Source of the DNA: Patescibacteria group bacterium
GTDB taxonomy: Bacteria; Patescibacteriota; Minisyncoccia; Minisyncoccales; CAZWNE01
DNA: 64,000 nt
Direction of reading: 5' to 3'
Assembly: GCA_038078735.1 (NCBI GenBank)
Contig: JBBTTI010000001.1
Coordinates: 20,830-84,829 of the forward strand
The notes under the pieces were generated by a model that saw nothing but the letters and a program-made list of their open reading frames with translations, was not told where the DNA came from and made no database searches. The translations under genes were made by a program, and so were the position numbers. Position 1 is the first letter of the stretch. Each line of letters opens with the position of its first letter. Positions 53,847 to 62,666 of the stretch are shown here, one piece after another.

Positions 53847-54324
53847 AATCTTCATCTGGACTTCCCTTCATCGTTGTGAAAAATTTCGTGTCGCGATATT
53901 GATTAGTTACCCAAGCGGGGACAATGCTCCAAAAATGCATCGCGCCATTATCGCCAATCTTTCTAATTATCACTTTAATTTTTCTTCCGTCAATTATGGC
54001 GATGATTCCCCAATAATTTACACTCAGGCTCTTTTTGATTCTTTTTTTATAGCTTTTTACGTCAAACTCTTTTATGGTTTCTTCGAATTCTTGATAAGTT
54101 GTAGAAATTTTTACTAATTTTATTGCTAATGGTAATAATTTGAATCTTAAAATTTGGGAGGATCTTTCCCTTTCAGAACGAGCATTTTTAAAAACGATAT
54201 GATTGAATCCTTCAGAAGTAAAATAAATTTTTTGATTAAAGGCGGGAGAAAAAACACTACCTGTCGAACTATAAAATTTCTGCGTATCCTCTTTTAATTT
54301 ACTGTAATTAGATAAATCATCCAT
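53845..54324 (-). CDS. Hypothetical protein (159 aa) carried on the insert at the murA 3' end
   Basis: Intact ORF; no motif I can name. Confidence 0.5.
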   Translation of the reverse strand: MDDLSNYSKLKEDTQKFYSSTGSVFSPAFNQKIYFTSEGFNHIVFKNARSERERSSQILRFKLLPLAIKLVKISTTYQEFEETIKEFDVKSYKKRIKKSLSVNYWGIIAIIDGRKIKVIIRKIGDNGAMHFWSIVPAWVTNQYRDTKFFTTMKGSPDED

Positions 54325-54330
54325 AATAAG

Positions 54331-55590
54331 CTAAACTCTTTCTATTTTGGCGCCGAGGAGGCGGAGTTTTTCATCGAGTTTTTCGTAGCCCCGCTCTATT
54401 TGGGAAACGTTGTCAATTTGAGTTTGGCCTTTGGCAATCAGACCGGCTAAAATAAGAGCCGCTCCCGACCGGATGTCGTTAGAATCTATTTTATTGCCGG
54501 TCAGCTCGGTTTTGCCGAAAATTAAAGCTCGGTGGGGGTCGGTAATTTCGATGTCGGCTCCCATTTTTCTTAATTCATGCAAATGCTGGAATCGATTTTC
54601 GTAAAGAGGATCGTGAATCAGGCTTTTCCCTTGAGCCTGAGTAAGCAGGACCGAAACTGCCGGCTGTAAGTCGGTTGGAAATCCGGGATAAGGAAGAACT
54701 TGAATTTTTGTGGGGAAGAATTCTTTTGCCGGTTTGATTAAAACTTCATTAGCGCCAATTTCAAAATTTACGCCGATTTCTTTCATTTCTCCCCAGAACA
54801 TTGTCAGATGGTCGGGATCAATATTTTTAATTTTTCCCGTTCCCCCTGTAATGGCAAAAGCGATAAAAAAAGTGCCAATTTCCAGCGGGTCGGGTGAAAT
54901 TTTAAATTCAGCCCCATTTAATTTCTTTCCGCCTTCAATTTCAATATTATGAGTGCCGATACCTTGAATATTAACTCCCATTTTTCTCAACATATTTCCC
55001 AAATCTTGGACTTGAGGTTCAGCGGCGGCAATTTCAATTCTAGTTTTGCCCTGGGCTTGGCTGGCCACCATCATAGAAATTTCCGTAGCCGTAACTGAGA
55101 ATTCTTTTAAAACAATATGTTTTCCTTCCAGAATTTCCGGCGCTTCAAAGCAGTAGAAGCCATCTTTTTCTTCCACTTTTACTCCAAAGTTTTGCAGAGC
55201 TTTCAGGTGGGTAGAGATTGGCCGTAATCCGATTTTATCTCCGCCGGGATGAGGAACTTTAAATTTTTTAAATCTGGTTATAAGAGAGCCTATCAGTAAA
55301 ACCGAAACTCTCATTTTTTCAAAAAGATCGCTTGGTATTTTTTCCGGATTGATATTTTTAGGATCAATTTTTACTTTTCTATCGTTCAGCCATTCAACTC
55401 CGGCACCCATTTGCTTCAAAATTTCAATTTGATCTAAAACGTCGGAAACTCTGGGTAAATTATCAATAATTGACGGCTCTTCGGAAAGTAAAACCGCCGC
55501 CAAACAGGCGCCGGCCGAGTTTTTATATCCGGAAATTTCCACTTCCCCGGAAAGTGGCACCCCGCCCTGAATGAGAAATTTAGATGCCAT
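54331..55590 (-). CDS. murA: UDP-N-acetylglucosamine 1-carboxyvinyltransferase
   Basis: MASKFLIQGG..LSGEVEISGYKNSA, HPGGDKIGLRPI, FPTDLQP. Confidence 0.95.
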   Translation of the reverse strand: MASKFLIQGGVPLSGEVEISGYKNSAGACLAAVLLSEEPSIIDNLPRVSDVLDQIEILKQMGAGVEWLNDRKVKIDPKNINPEKIPSDLFEKMRVSVLLIGSLITRFKKFKVPHPGGDKIGLRPISTHLKALQNFGVKVEEKDGFYCFEAPEILEGKHIVLKEFSVTATEISMMVASQAQGKTRIEIAAAEPQVQDLGNMLRKMGVNIQGIGTHNIEIEGGKKLNGAEFKISPDPLEIGTFFIAFAITGGTGKIKNIDPDHLTMFWGEMKEIGVNFEIGANEVLIKPAKEFFPTKIQVLPYPGFPTDLQPAVSVLLTQAQGKSLIHDPLYENRFQHLHELRKMGADIEITDPHRALIFGKTELTGNKIDSNDIRSGAALILAGLIAKGQTQIDNVSQIERGYEKLDEKLRLLGAKIERV

Positions 55591-55636
55591 AAAACTTGTT
55601 TTTAAGTCAATTTTAGTCTATTCTAAAAAATAAGCT

Positions 55637-56545
55637 ATGTCAAAGAAACTAAAAAATATTATCTGTTTAGGGGGAGGCAATGCCATGCCTAAGGCGGTTC
55701 TTGCCGGTCTCAAAAAATACCCGGTAAACTTATCCGTTATTTGCGCTATGTTGGATTCTGGAGCATCGGCCGGCCGTGAAAGAGAGATTTATAAAACCAA
55801 TATATCTTTTGGCGATATCCGTCGAGCATTCCTCGCTTTGTCCGGAGCCAGCCAAGATGTTAAAGACGCCTTTAACGTTCGTTTTAAAAATGGCCCTTAT
55901 GCCGGTGCGGTTGTCGCTAATATTTTAGGCACAGCCGTAGCGAAAGAAGGCGATTACGAAAAAGCGCTTAGGGTCTATGGGGAAGTTTTTAAAATTTCTT
56001 CTCGGTATCATATTTTACCCTCAACCCTTGATGACGCCACTCTCTATGCCGAATTGGAAAACGGTCAAATTATAAAAGGAGAGGCTAATATTGACGTTCC
56101 TAAACATAACTCAAAAATCAGCAAGGTTTATTTAAAACCAAAACCCGGAGCATATCCTGAAGCAGTAGAGGCGATAAAAAAAGCTGATTTGATAATTATC
56201 GGACCCGGCGACTTATATTCTTCTTTAATGCAAATTTTATTGATTGATGGTATTTCAGCCGCTATTAATAAAAGCAAGGCCAAAAAAGTTTATATTTGTA
56301 ACATAATGACAAAAAAAGGAGAAACTGACGGATTTTCTGTTTTAGATTTTACAAATGAAATAGAAAAATATTTAAAAGGCAGGGTTGATTTTATTATCCA
56401 TAACAATAAAGAGGGAAATGTTAGAATTAATGATGATTTGAAAAATAATAAAAAGTTTATTGGAAAAAACTTATTAAAATCAGGAACAGTTGAACATAAT
56501 CCAAATAAATTAGCAAAAATTATTTTAAAACTATGCAAGCTGTAA
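55637..56545 (+). CDS. YvcK/CofD-family (UPF0052) protein
   Basis: ICLGGGNAMPK...GPGDLYSSLMQILL. Confidence 0.7.
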   Translation: MSKKLKNIICLGGGNAMPKAVLAGLKKYPVNLSVICAMLDSGASAGREREIYKTNISFGDIRRAFLALSGASQDVKDAFNVRFKNGPYAGAVVANILGTAVAKEGDYEKALRVYGEVFKISSRYHILPSTLDDATLYAELENGQIIKGEANIDVPKHNSKISKVYLKPKPGAYPEAVEAIKKADLIIIGPGDLYSSLMQILLIDGISAAINKSKAKKVYICNIMTKKGETDGFSVLDFTNEIEKYLKGRVDFIIHNNKEGNVRINDDLKNNKKFIGKNLLKSGTVEHNPNKLAKIILKLCKL

Positions 56546-57684
56546 TTTTAGCCGCCGGTGAGTCGTCTCGCTTTTGGCCATTAAATCAAAAACATAAATC
56601 GCTCATTAAAATAATGGGCCGGCCTTTAATTTATTGGACGATAAAAGGACTGGCGGAAAACGGGATAAAAAATATAGCCATAATTATCAGCCCGGGTTCG
56701 TCTTTAGAAGAGGATTTGAAGCCCATCTCTCAAGAATTAGACCTTAATTTTTCCTTTATTGTCCAAGAAAAGCCCTTAAGCACGGGCAATGCTATATTTT
56801 TGGCTAAGGATTTTATAAAAGAGCCGTTTTTCATTGTCTGGGGAGCAGAGGTTTTAACTGGAGAAATAGTTGGTAAAATTTTAGAAAAAAATCATTCCCG
56901 GGCAGTTTTGGTGGGAGCTGAAACTGATACCCCTTGGGATTACGGCGTTTTTAAATTGGAGGGAGAGAAAGTGGTAGAAATAGTAGAAAATCCCAAACAG
57001 GGCGAAGAACCTTCTAAAATTAAAAAAGTTGGGATTTACTTTTTAGAGCCTAGTTTTTTTGATTATTACCAAAAAATTTCAAAGCATCACGAAGCTGATT
57101 TTATTGAGGCTCTTAATCTTTATTTAAAAGACAAAAAAACCGAACTGTTGCTTTGGCCGGAAGATGTTCTTTCTTTGAAATATCCCTGGGATTTATTTCC
57201 TATTTTAGAATACTTATCAAAAGACGTTAAAGATAAAATTTATATTGGGAAGAATTGTCAAATCAGCCCGAATTGCCATCTTCGCGGCCCTGTTTCCATC
57301 GGCGATAATTGCAAAATCGGCAATGGCGTGGAAATAAAAAATTCAATTATTGGCGATGGTACGCGTATTCCCCATCTAAGTTATATCGGCGATTCTATTA
57401 TCGGGGAGAATTGCAATTTGGGCGCCGGGACAATTACCGCTAATCTTCGTTTTGATAAAAAAACAATCAAGGCTAAAGTTAAAGGTGATCTTCTGGACAC
57501 AGGACGAGAAAAGTTTGGTTGCGTTATTGGCAATAATACTCAAACTGGCATCAATGTTTCTTTAATGCCGGGAATTTTAATCGGTTCTAATTGCCAAATT
57601 GGTCCGACCTCCTTAGTCAGAGAAAACATTGAAGACAACACAACTTTTTACAGCGAATTCAAGGGAGTGAAAAAGTCCACTTGA
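56533..57684 (+). CDS. Sugar-phosphate nucleotidyltransferase with C-terminal left-handed beta-helix (GlmU-like architecture)
   Basis: AVILAAGESSRFWPL N-terminus; hexapeptide repeats IGDNCKIGNGVEIKNSIIGDG... Confidence 0.75.
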   Translation: MQAVILAAGESSRFWPLNQKHKSLIKIMGRPLIYWTIKGLAENGIKNIAIIISPGSSLEEDLKPISQELDLNFSFIVQEKPLSTGNAIFLAKDFIKEPFFIVWGAEVLTGEIVGKILEKNHSRAVLVGAETDTPWDYGVFKLEGEKVVEIVENPKQGEEPSKIKKVGIYFLEPSFFDYYQKISKHHEADFIEALNLYLKDKKTELLLWPEDVLSLKYPWDLFPILEYLSKDVKDKIYIGKNCQISPNCHLRGPVSIGDNCKIGNGVEIKNSIIGDGTRIPHLSYIGDSIIGENCNLGAGTITANLRFDKKTIKAKVKGDLLDTGREKFGCVIGNNTQTGINVSLMPGILIGSNCQIGPTSLVRENIEDNTTFYSEFKGVKKST

Positions 57685-57714
57685 CAGGGCTTTTTGCTAT
57701 GCTATTTTAAATAA

Positions 57715-57895
57715 ATACACCTTTTAATAACAGAATTCTTGAGGATGAATGCTCCTTTCACAATGGGTAGCCAAAGAAAACTCGCTCCTTTCAAGCGGGT
57801 GAGTAAAAGGCTACCTGGCCATAATTTACATGGAGGGAAGGTCTCTCCGCTATCGTCCCCACTCATAGTTTTAGAGTGGGGGCTATTTTTTTGGA
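57715..57895 (+). promoter_or_regulatory. Candidate structured leader/attenuator upstream of tsaC-tsaD-glyA-folD
   Basis: TTGACA at 57681. Helices GGTAGCC/GGCTACC and CTCC/GGAG. Ends in terminator CCCCACTC..GAGTGGGG+T7, about 25 nt before tsaC. Confidence 0.4.
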
Positions 57896-57917
57896 GTTTT
57901 TTAGTTTTTGATTTAGA

Positions 57918-58466
57918 ATGAGGAATATGGAAAATATAGAATTAGCCGTGGAAATTATAAAAAATGGAGGAGTGATTATCTGCCCAACCGATACGGTTTA
58001 CGGTTTAATTTGTGACGCGACCAATAAAAAAGCAGTCGCCAAAGTTTTTAAAATAAAAAAGAGGCCAAAAAATAAGCCTTTGCCGATTTTTATTAAAGAC
58101 CTAAAAATGGCAAAAGAATTAGCGCAGATTGATGAAAAACAAGAGAAATTTTTAAGAAAAGTTTGGCCCGGTGCGGTCACGGTTATATTAAAATCGCGAA
58201 AGCAAAAAGATAAAACTATCGGCCTTAGAATTCCAAATTACAAGTTATTGCTCGGCTTAGCCGAGCAACTCAATAGGCCGTTAACTGGGACTTCAGCGAA
58301 CTTGTCCGGCCAACCAGCGTCGGGCAATATTAAAAAAGTTTTAAAGCAATTTGAAAATCAAAAATACCAGCCTGATTTGGTAATAGATGCCGGCAATCTG
58401 CCGAAAAGTAAGCCATCAAAAATAATTGATTTAACTGTATGCCCGCCAAAAATACTAAGACCATGA
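57918..58466 (+). CDS. tsaC: L-threonylcarbamoyladenylate synthase (YrdC/TsaC type)
   Basis: GGVIICPTDTVYGLICDA...RIPNY...TSANLSGQP. Confidence 0.9.
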   Translation: MRNMENIELAVEIIKNGGVIICPTDTVYGLICDATNKKAVAKVFKIKKRPKNKPLPIFIKDLKMAKELAQIDEKQEKFLRKVWPGAVTVILKSRKQKDKTIGLRIPNYKLLLGLAEQLNRPLTGTSANLSGQPASGNIKKVLKQFENQKYQPDLVIDAGNLPKSKPSKIIDLTVCPPKILRP

Positions 58467-59485
58467 AAATTTTAGCCATAGATACATCTTGTGACGACAC
58501 CGCAATCGCCGTATTAGAAATTAGAAATTTGAAATTAGAAATTTTGTCTAACGTCGTGTCGTCGCAAGTGAAACTTCATGCTAAATATGGAGGGGTTTAT
58601 CCTATGTTGGCCAAGAGAGAGCATCTGAAAAATTTACCTCTTGTTTTTAAGCGCGCCCTTCGACAGGCTCAGGGTAAACTATCTGATATAGATTATGTCG
58701 CGGTGACCGTCGGCCCGGGGCTTGAACCTTGCCTATGGCAAGGGATTAATTTTGCCAAAGAGCTGTCAGAGAAACTAAAAAAACCATTAATTTCAGTCAA
58801 TCACATAGAGGGCCACATCTTGGCCAATTTAATTGAGGGGAATCGGATTCCACTCAAATTACCGGCTATCTGTTTGGTTGTTTCCGGGGGGCATACACAG
58901 CTGATTTTAATGAAAGGAATCGGGAAATACAGATTGGTTGGCGAAACGAGAGACGACGCCGCTGGTGAATGCTTTGACAAAGCTGCTCGGATTTTGGGGC
59001 TAGGTTACCCGGGCGGCCCCATAATTTCTAAATTAGCAAAAACATACAGAGAACGGGTCTCTGTATGTTTACCGAGGCCGATGATGTATACGAAAGACTA
59101 TGATTTTAGTTTTTCTGGGTTAAAAACGGCAGTTTTGTATAAAACTAAAGAATTTAAAAAAATAAACTCTAAAATAAAAACTGAATTCTGCCACGAAATC
59201 CAACAAGCGATTATTGATGTTTTAATTAAAAAAACCATAAAAGCAGCTAAAGATTTCAGGGTAAAATCAATAATCTTAGGTGGCGGTGTCACGGCTAATC
59301 GAGAGTTAAGAAAACAATTTGGAGAAAGAATTAATAAAGAAATCCCGGATACTAAATACTTGATACCAGATACTAAATACTCGACTGACAACGCCGCTAT
59401 GATCGCAGTCGCAGCTTATTTTCACAGAAACAAAAAAGTTAAAAACTTTCAAAACATCAAAGCAAATGGTAATCTAAGTTTATGA
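58463..59485 (+). CDS. tsaD: tRNA N6-adenosine threonylcarbamoyltransferase
   Basis: MKILAIDTSCDDTA, VNHIEGH, GGHTQL, GYPGGP, FSFSGLKT, STDNAAMIA. Confidence 0.95.
   Translation: MKILAIDTSCDDTAIAVLEIRNLKLEILSNVVSSQVKLHAKYGGVYPMLAKREHLKNLPLVFKRALRQAQGKLSDIDYVAVTVGPGLEPCLWQGINFAKELSEKLKKPLISVNHIEGHILANLIEGNRIPLKLPAICLVVSGGHTQLILMKGIGKYRLVGETRDDAAGECFDKAARILGLGYPGGPIISKLAKTYRERVSVCLPRPMMYTKDYDFSFSGLKTAVLYKTKEFKKINSKIKTEFCHEIQQAIIDVLIKKTIKAAKDFRVKSIILGGGVTANRELRKQFGERINKEIPDTKYLIPDTKYSTDNAAMIAVAAYFHRNKKVKNFQNIKANGNLSL
59044..59070. repeat. Palindromic repeat ATACAGAGA-ACGGG-TCTCTGTAT(GTTT), in-frame copy inside tsaD
   Basis: 27/27 identical to intergenic 23487-23513. Encodes TYRERVSVC between the conserved GYPGGP..SKLA and PRPM blocks. 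Confidence 0.85.
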
Positions 59486-60813
59486 ATTTAAAACAATCCG
59501 ATCCAAAAGTTTATGAGCTGATTGAGGCTGAAAAACAAAGGCGCCGAGAGGGTTTAGAAATGATTCCTTCAGAAAATCACACCTCGCCGGCTGTTCTGGA
59601 AGCGCTTGGCTCTATTTTAACTGACAAGTATGCCGAAGGTTATCCCGGTCGGCGTTATTACGGCGGCAACCAGATTATTGATCAGGTTGAAACTTTGGCT
59701 ATTGAAAGAGTAAAACAGGCTTTTGGCGTGCCTTATGCCAATGTCCAGCCGTATTCGGGCAGTCCGGCAAACTTTGCTGTTTATCTGGCGGTTTGTCAGA
59801 ACGGGGACACGATAATGGGGCAAAATCTTTCAGACGGCGGCCATCTCACTCATGGTTGGAAAACTAACTGGTCTTCAAGATTTTTTAAAAGTGTTCCTTA
59901 CCATGTGAAAGCTGACGGCTATATTGATTTGGAAGAAGTGAGAACTTTGGCCAGAGAGCATAAGCCGAAATTAATTTGGTGCGGAGCCACAGCTTATTCG
60001 AGGGAAATTCCTTTCGAGGAATTATCAAAAATTGCCGATGGAGTCGGAGCTTATTTAGCAGCTGATATTGCCCATATCGGTGGCCTGATTGTTGCCGGTG
60101 TTCATAAAAGTCCGGTGTCTTTTGTTCATATTATTACTTCTACTTCCCACAAAACCTTGAGAGGACCAAGGGGCGGATTTATAATGATTACTCAAAAGGG
60201 GTTAGATAAGGATCCGGATTTGGCTAAAAAAATGGATAGCGCTGTTTTCCCCGGTGGCGCGCAAGGCGGCCCGCACGAACACCAGATAGCGGCCATAGCC
60301 GTTGCCTTAGGCGAGGCTTTAAGACCTGAATTTAAAGAATACGGGAAACAAATTGTTAAAAATTCTAAAGTCTTGGCCGAAGAATTAATGAAAAAAGGGG
60401 TAAAGTTAGTTTCTAATGGCACCGATAACCATATGATGCTGATTGATCTGACTCTTTATGGGAATGGCATGGGAGTATTTTTGGAAAAAGCTTTAGATTC
60501 GGCCGGTATTACTGTAAACAAAAATACTATTCCCTTAGAACCGTCTTCGCCATTTTATCCGAGTGGCGTAAGATTAGGGACTCCGGCAATTACTACCAGG
60601 GGAATGAAAGAAGGGGAAATGAAAATAATTGCCGGTTGGATAGCTGAAGTTGTCAATGAAATAAAAAATTATAAATTGCCGGGCAATAAAGAAGAAAGGC
60701 AAGAATATTTAAAAAGATTTAAAGAAGAAATTGCTAAAAACGAAACATTGAAAAAAATAAAACAGCAAGTTTTGGAACTAAGTAAAAGATATCCTATCCC
60801 AGCAATAAATTGA
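59482..60813 (+). CDS. glyA: Serine hydroxymethyltransferase
   Basis: LEMIPSENHTSPAV, TSTSHKTLRGPRGG (PLP Lys). Confidence 0.95.
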   Translation: MNLKQSDPKVYELIEAEKQRRREGLEMIPSENHTSPAVLEALGSILTDKYAEGYPGRRYYGGNQIIDQVETLAIERVKQAFGVPYANVQPYSGSPANFAVYLAVCQNGDTIMGQNLSDGGHLTHGWKTNWSSRFFKSVPYHVKADGYIDLEEVRTLAREHKPKLIWCGATAYSREIPFEELSKIADGVGAYLAADIAHIGGLIVAGVHKSPVSFVHIITSTSHKTLRGPRGGFIMITQKGLDKDPDLAKKMDSAVFPGGAQGGPHEHQIAAIAVALGEALRPEFKEYGKQIVKNSKVLAEELMKKGVKLVSNGTDNHMMLIDLTLYGNGMGVFLEKALDSAGITVNKNTIPLEPSSPFYPSGVRLGTPAITTRGMKEGEMKIIAGWIAEVVNEIKNYKLPGNKEERQEYLKRFKEEIAKNETLKKIKQQVLELSKRYPIPAIN

Positions 60814-61592
60814 TGGTTTTATTAGACGGGAAAAAAATAGCTGATGAAATTTTGGCTAATTTAAAAACCCGCGGGAAAAAAATAAAACTGGCGGTAATTT
60901 TAGTCGGGGAAGATTCGGCTTCCCTAATTTTTATTGAACAAAAACGAAAAGCTTGCGAAAAAGTAGGAATAGATTTTGAGCTATTTAAGTTTTCAGCAGA
61001 GATCGGGTCTCTGTTACTTAAAGAAGAAATTAAAAAAATTATTGGTGATCCTAAAAATTCTGGAGTAATTATCCAACTTCCTCTGCCCGAGCAATTTAAT
61101 ACCGGAGAATTTTTGAATTTAATTCCTGAAGAAAAAGATGTTGATGTTTTGTCCGAAAAGAGTTTCGGAAAATTTTCCAGAGGCGAATCATTGATTCTGC
61201 CGCCGACTGTCGGAGCCATTTCAGTTCTTTTTAAAAGTTATAAAATAGAAATAGAGAATAGGAATATTGTTATTGTTGGTGCTGGCCGTCTAGTCGGCAA
61301 GCCCTTAGTCGCCTGGCTAAAATTACAAGGGGCTAAGTTTTCCGTATTAGACGAGTCGGTTAAAGATATTTCCTCTTATACCGCTAAAGCCGATATTCTA
61401 ATTTCTGGCGTTGGCGAACCGAACTTAGTTATGGGCAATATGGTTAAAGAAGGGGTAGTAGTGATTGATTTTGCTAAAGATATTGATTTTGAATCAGTTT
61501 CTAAAAAAGCCAGTTATATCACCCCTGTCCCCGGCGGCATCGGCCCGATAACCGTCGCCTGTCTGTTGGAAAACTTGACTAAACTATCATAG
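60810..61592 (+). CDS. folD: Methylenetetrahydrofolate dehydrogenase/cyclohydrolase
   Basis: LDGKKIADEI, VGEDSAS..., VVIVGAGRLVGKPL, TPVPGGIGPITVA. Confidence 0.9.
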   Translation: MMVLLDGKKIADEILANLKTRGKKIKLAVILVGEDSASLIFIEQKRKACEKVGIDFELFKFSAEIGSLLLKEEIKKIIGDPKNSGVIIQLPLPEQFNTGEFLNLIPEEKDVDVLSEKSFGKFSRGESLILPPTVGAISVLFKSYKIEIENRNIVIVGAGRLVGKPLVAWLKLQGAKFSVLDESVKDISSYTAKADILISGVGEPNLVMGNMVKEGVVVIDFAKDIDFESVSKKASYITPVPGGIGPITVACLLENLTKLS

Positions 61593-61602
61593 AGTGCTAT
61601 TA
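61574..61602 (+). promoter_or_regulatory. Sigma70-like promoter for the DGR target gene (TTGACT-17 nt-TATTAT), overlapping the folD stop
   Basis: Near-consensus hexamers with 17-nt spacing. Confidence 0.5.
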
Positions 61603-61637
61603 TATAAATAGCTTTTTTTATTTTTCACTTGCGAGTA

Positions 61638-61684
61638 GCCATAGCCAGAAACCACTGACTCTTTCGGTGTTTTCTGGCTATGGC
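61638..61684 (+). promoter_or_regulatory. Long leader hairpin (GCCATAGCCAGAAA ... TTTCTGGCTATGGC) in the 5' UTR of the DGR target
   Basis: 14-bp perfect arms plus an inner CAC/GTG. No T-run. Lies between the promoter and RBS AGAAGGAGGAG. Confidence 0.6.
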
Positions 61685-61719
61685 TGCAAGAAGTGGCCAT
61701 AAGCAGAAGGAGGAGAACA

Positions 61720-62358
61720 ATGAGTAAGCCTATTACAATTGGTCAGTCTCACAACGTTATCTCGATCCTGGCAAACAATGCGGATTGGAATGCCCTTGCA
61801 AACAGCGGAGATGCTTTACAGGCAATAATTGACCATCCGCAAGAGTCTGGCGAGCAGTTTACCCTGTTTCTCAAGAATAGCGGCAAGATGATTGTCGGCG
61901 AACCGAGAATTATTCCCATCGACCGCACCGCGCCTTTTGACCCGGTAAAACTCTTGGGCCAGGGCTGGACCATCGAGGAGCAGGACGAGCGTTCCCTTGC
62001 CCTGACCCAGGTGAATCTCGCCAACGTCTGGCTTGAGCACATGCTCAACAAGGGCGAAGACTGGATTACGGGCGAAGAGAAGCTGAGGCGCCTGAAGAAA
62101 GCGAACAGCATCCGCCTGGATGCCAAGGTTTTCCAGACCCTTTGGGAAGATAAATCATTGATTCCCGAGGCCTGGAAAAAGAAGACCAAAGGAAATGCTG
62201 CATATATCTTCTTTGATGGGACCGTTCTGCGCGACCCTGATGGTTCTCGCTGTGTCCTCTACCTGTGCTGGAGAGATGGCCAGTGGCGCTGGAACTACTA
62301 CTGGCTCGACAGCGACTGGAGCGCTAGCGATCCGTCCGCTGTCCTCGCAAGTATCTAA
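61720..62358 (+). CDS. DGR variable (target) protein, 212 aa
   Basis: ATG 61720 with a strong RBS (the track GTG start at 61693 is less likely). The C-terminal 42 codons are the VR. Confidence 0.85.
   Translation: MSKPITIGQSHNVISILANNADWNALANSGDALQAIIDHPQESGEQFTLFLKNSGKMIVGEPRIIPIDRTAPFDPVKLLGQGWTIEEQDERSLALTQVNLANVWLEHMLNKGEDWITGEEKLRRLKKANSIRLDAKVFQTLWEDKSLIPEAWKKKTKGNAAYIFFDGTVLRDPDGSRCVLYLCWRDGQWRWNYYWLDSDWSASDPSAVLASI
62225..62350 (+). repeat. DGR variable repeat (VR)
   Basis: 114/126 identical to the TR. All 12 differences lie opposite TR adenines. Confidence 0.9.
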
Positions 62359-62382
62359 TTTTGCCCTTTGAACTTCGTCTGT

Positions 62383-62416
62383 AAATCCCCGAAACATTAT
62401 GTTTCGGGGATTTTTT
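62383..62416 (+). terminator. Hairpin AAATCCCCGAAAC/GTTTCGGGGATTT + T-run, 33 nt after the VR (a terminator and/or the DGR target-recognition hairpin)
   Basis: 13-bp perfect stem, 5-nt loop. Confidence 0.75.
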
Positions 62417-62666
62417 ATTTTGTGATAAAATAAAGTTGGCAATAGGCGAATACGCGGACGGCTACGGCTTTCCGCTGCCGAACCCAGTATTCATGCGCTC
62501 GGAATATTTCTGGCTACGGCTTGAGATAGGGCGGCGCACGAGGATTCCAAAAAACTAAAGATACTTGGTATAGAATGCTATGGCATTTTCGATGCCGGAT
62601 TAGATTCAACCCGGAGATCGCCATTATGGCTTCAGGGGGTGGTGGCATAGGTGGCATTCTATACAT

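Noticed and set aside
57739-57921. 60-aa track ORF upstream of tsaC
   Set aside because: It has a non-ATG start, no RBS, and a sequence dominated by paired helices ending in an intrinsic terminator. It is treated as a non-coding leader.
58651-58680. GC-rich segment CCTTCGACAGGCTCAGGGTAAACT in tsaD (peptide LRQAQGKL), suspected to be another small dispersed repeat
   Set aside because: Only one copy is visible in this window. The suspicion rests on recollection of similar peptides in metagenomic proteins, which I cannot verify here.
62504-62524. ATTTCTGGCTACGGCT upstream of the TR, resembling the right arm of the target-gene leader hairpin (TTTCTGGCTATGGCT, 61671-61685)
   Set aside because: Only about a 10+4 nt match, which is within chance expectation. 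It may reflect an ancient duplication of the target locus but cannot be supported from this window.
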